A DNA stretch of 62,068 nt, counting the filler, from Anaerolineae bacterium (GTDB taxonomy: Bacteria > Chloroflexota > Anaerolineae > Epilineales > Epilineaceae): the NCBI GenBank assembly GCA_029262755.1. It is 8 parts of 8 records of this genome, joined end to end, with 100 filler letters (N's around TTAATTAATTAA, not from the genome) between each part and the next. Parts side by side here need not be neighbours in the genome. Positions count along the whole stretch, not along the records: positions 59,394 to 62,068 come from JAJCYU010000305.1; 7 more parts are not named here. One strand, written 5' to 3'. A program made the translations under genes and the position numbers. The notes beneath the pieces are model-generated. The model ran no database searches and was not told the DNA's origin. It saw only the letters and a list, made by a program, of their open reading frames with translations. Shown piece by piece: positions 61,611 through 62,068 of this stretch; within the stretch, counting starts at the first letter, position 1; every line of letters starts with the position of its first letter.

Positions 61611-62068
61611 TCACGTGGCGACCGGCCCGTCGAGCGCGGCACGAACCCTGACGAGGAGCTCCTCGGGAGTGAACGGCTTCTGCAGGAACGCGACGCCGGG
61701 TTCGAGGACGCCGTGACGGCCGATCACGTCGGCCGTGTAGCCCGACATGAATAGCACGCGGGCGTCCGGTTGGATCGATCGGATGCGAGCCGCGCACTCG
61801 GGCCCGGTCACGTCGGGCATCACGACGTCGGTGACGAGCAGGTGGATGCGTCCGGCATGTGCGGTCACGGCAGCAATCGTCGTCTCGTAAGTCTCTCCAC
61901 TGAGCACGGTGTACCCCCGCTCAGACAGCACGTTGACGACCAGTTGCCGCACCTGTTCGTCGTCCTCGGCAACAACGATCGTCTCCGTCGCCGCACGGGC
62001 CGGTGAGGGCGGAGGAGGCGTCACGACTGCGCCGGACCGGGCTTCCACGCGAGGCAGGTAGACGCTGA
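61611..62068 (-). CDS. C-terminus of a hybrid sensor histidine kinase (end of HATPase + receiver domain)
   Basis: VYLPRV...ETIVVAEDDEQVR...LLVTDVVMPDVTG...LFMSGY...FLQKPF; open past the window end. Confidence 0.9.
   Translation of the reverse strand, partial: SVYLPRVEARSGAVVTPPPPSPARAATETIVVAEDDEQVRQLVVNVLSERGYTVLSGETYETTIAAVTAHAGRIHLLVTDVVMPDVTGPECAARIRSIQPDARVLFMSGYTADVIGRHGVLEPGVAFLQKPFTPEELLVRVRAALDGPVAT

Noticed and set aside
62045..62068. VYLPRV as another copy of the sorting motif
   Set aside because: It is the normal last strand of a histidine-kinase ATPase domain preceding the receiver.

Overview
GC-rich (roughly 70% by eye) bacterial sequence made of 8 unrelated contig fragments. 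They are joined by artificial N44-TTAATTAATTAA-N44 linkers (9557-9656, 27713-27812, 38066-38165, 42513-42612, 49847-49946, 56206-56305, 59294-59393), so adjacency across linkers means nothing and many genes are truncated. Gene style suggests a Chloroflexota (Anaerolineae/Ardenticatenia-like) metagenome bin; this is an inference from Pro/Thr linkers ending in a [YWV]LP motif and from the MalT/BTAD regulator. Housekeeping genes are xth, prfC, ahcY and ettA. The window also holds an ECF sigma/anti-sigma pair, an RPH-like PEP-utilising phosphotransferase coupled to a GAP-family exporter, a FitA/VapC toxin-antitoxin pair with a phased 9-bp repeat array, a two-gene IS element and a 159-bp hairpin MITE with a TTA duplication. 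Many large exported beta-propeller/vWA/LamG proteins are present. The strongest candidate for an undescribed system is a short motif (hydrophobic-[YWV]-[LI]-P-x-hydrophobic-x-[RK]) shared by 8 otherwise mostly unrelated exported proteins on 5 contigs; it looks like a lineage-specific surface sorting or docking signal. A second candidate is a recurring adhesin module in which a vWA domain is inserted into a putative isopeptide-bonded Ig (DUF11-like) domain. I saw no rRNA, tRNA or CRISPR array. All family calls come from motif recognition by eye, not database searches.
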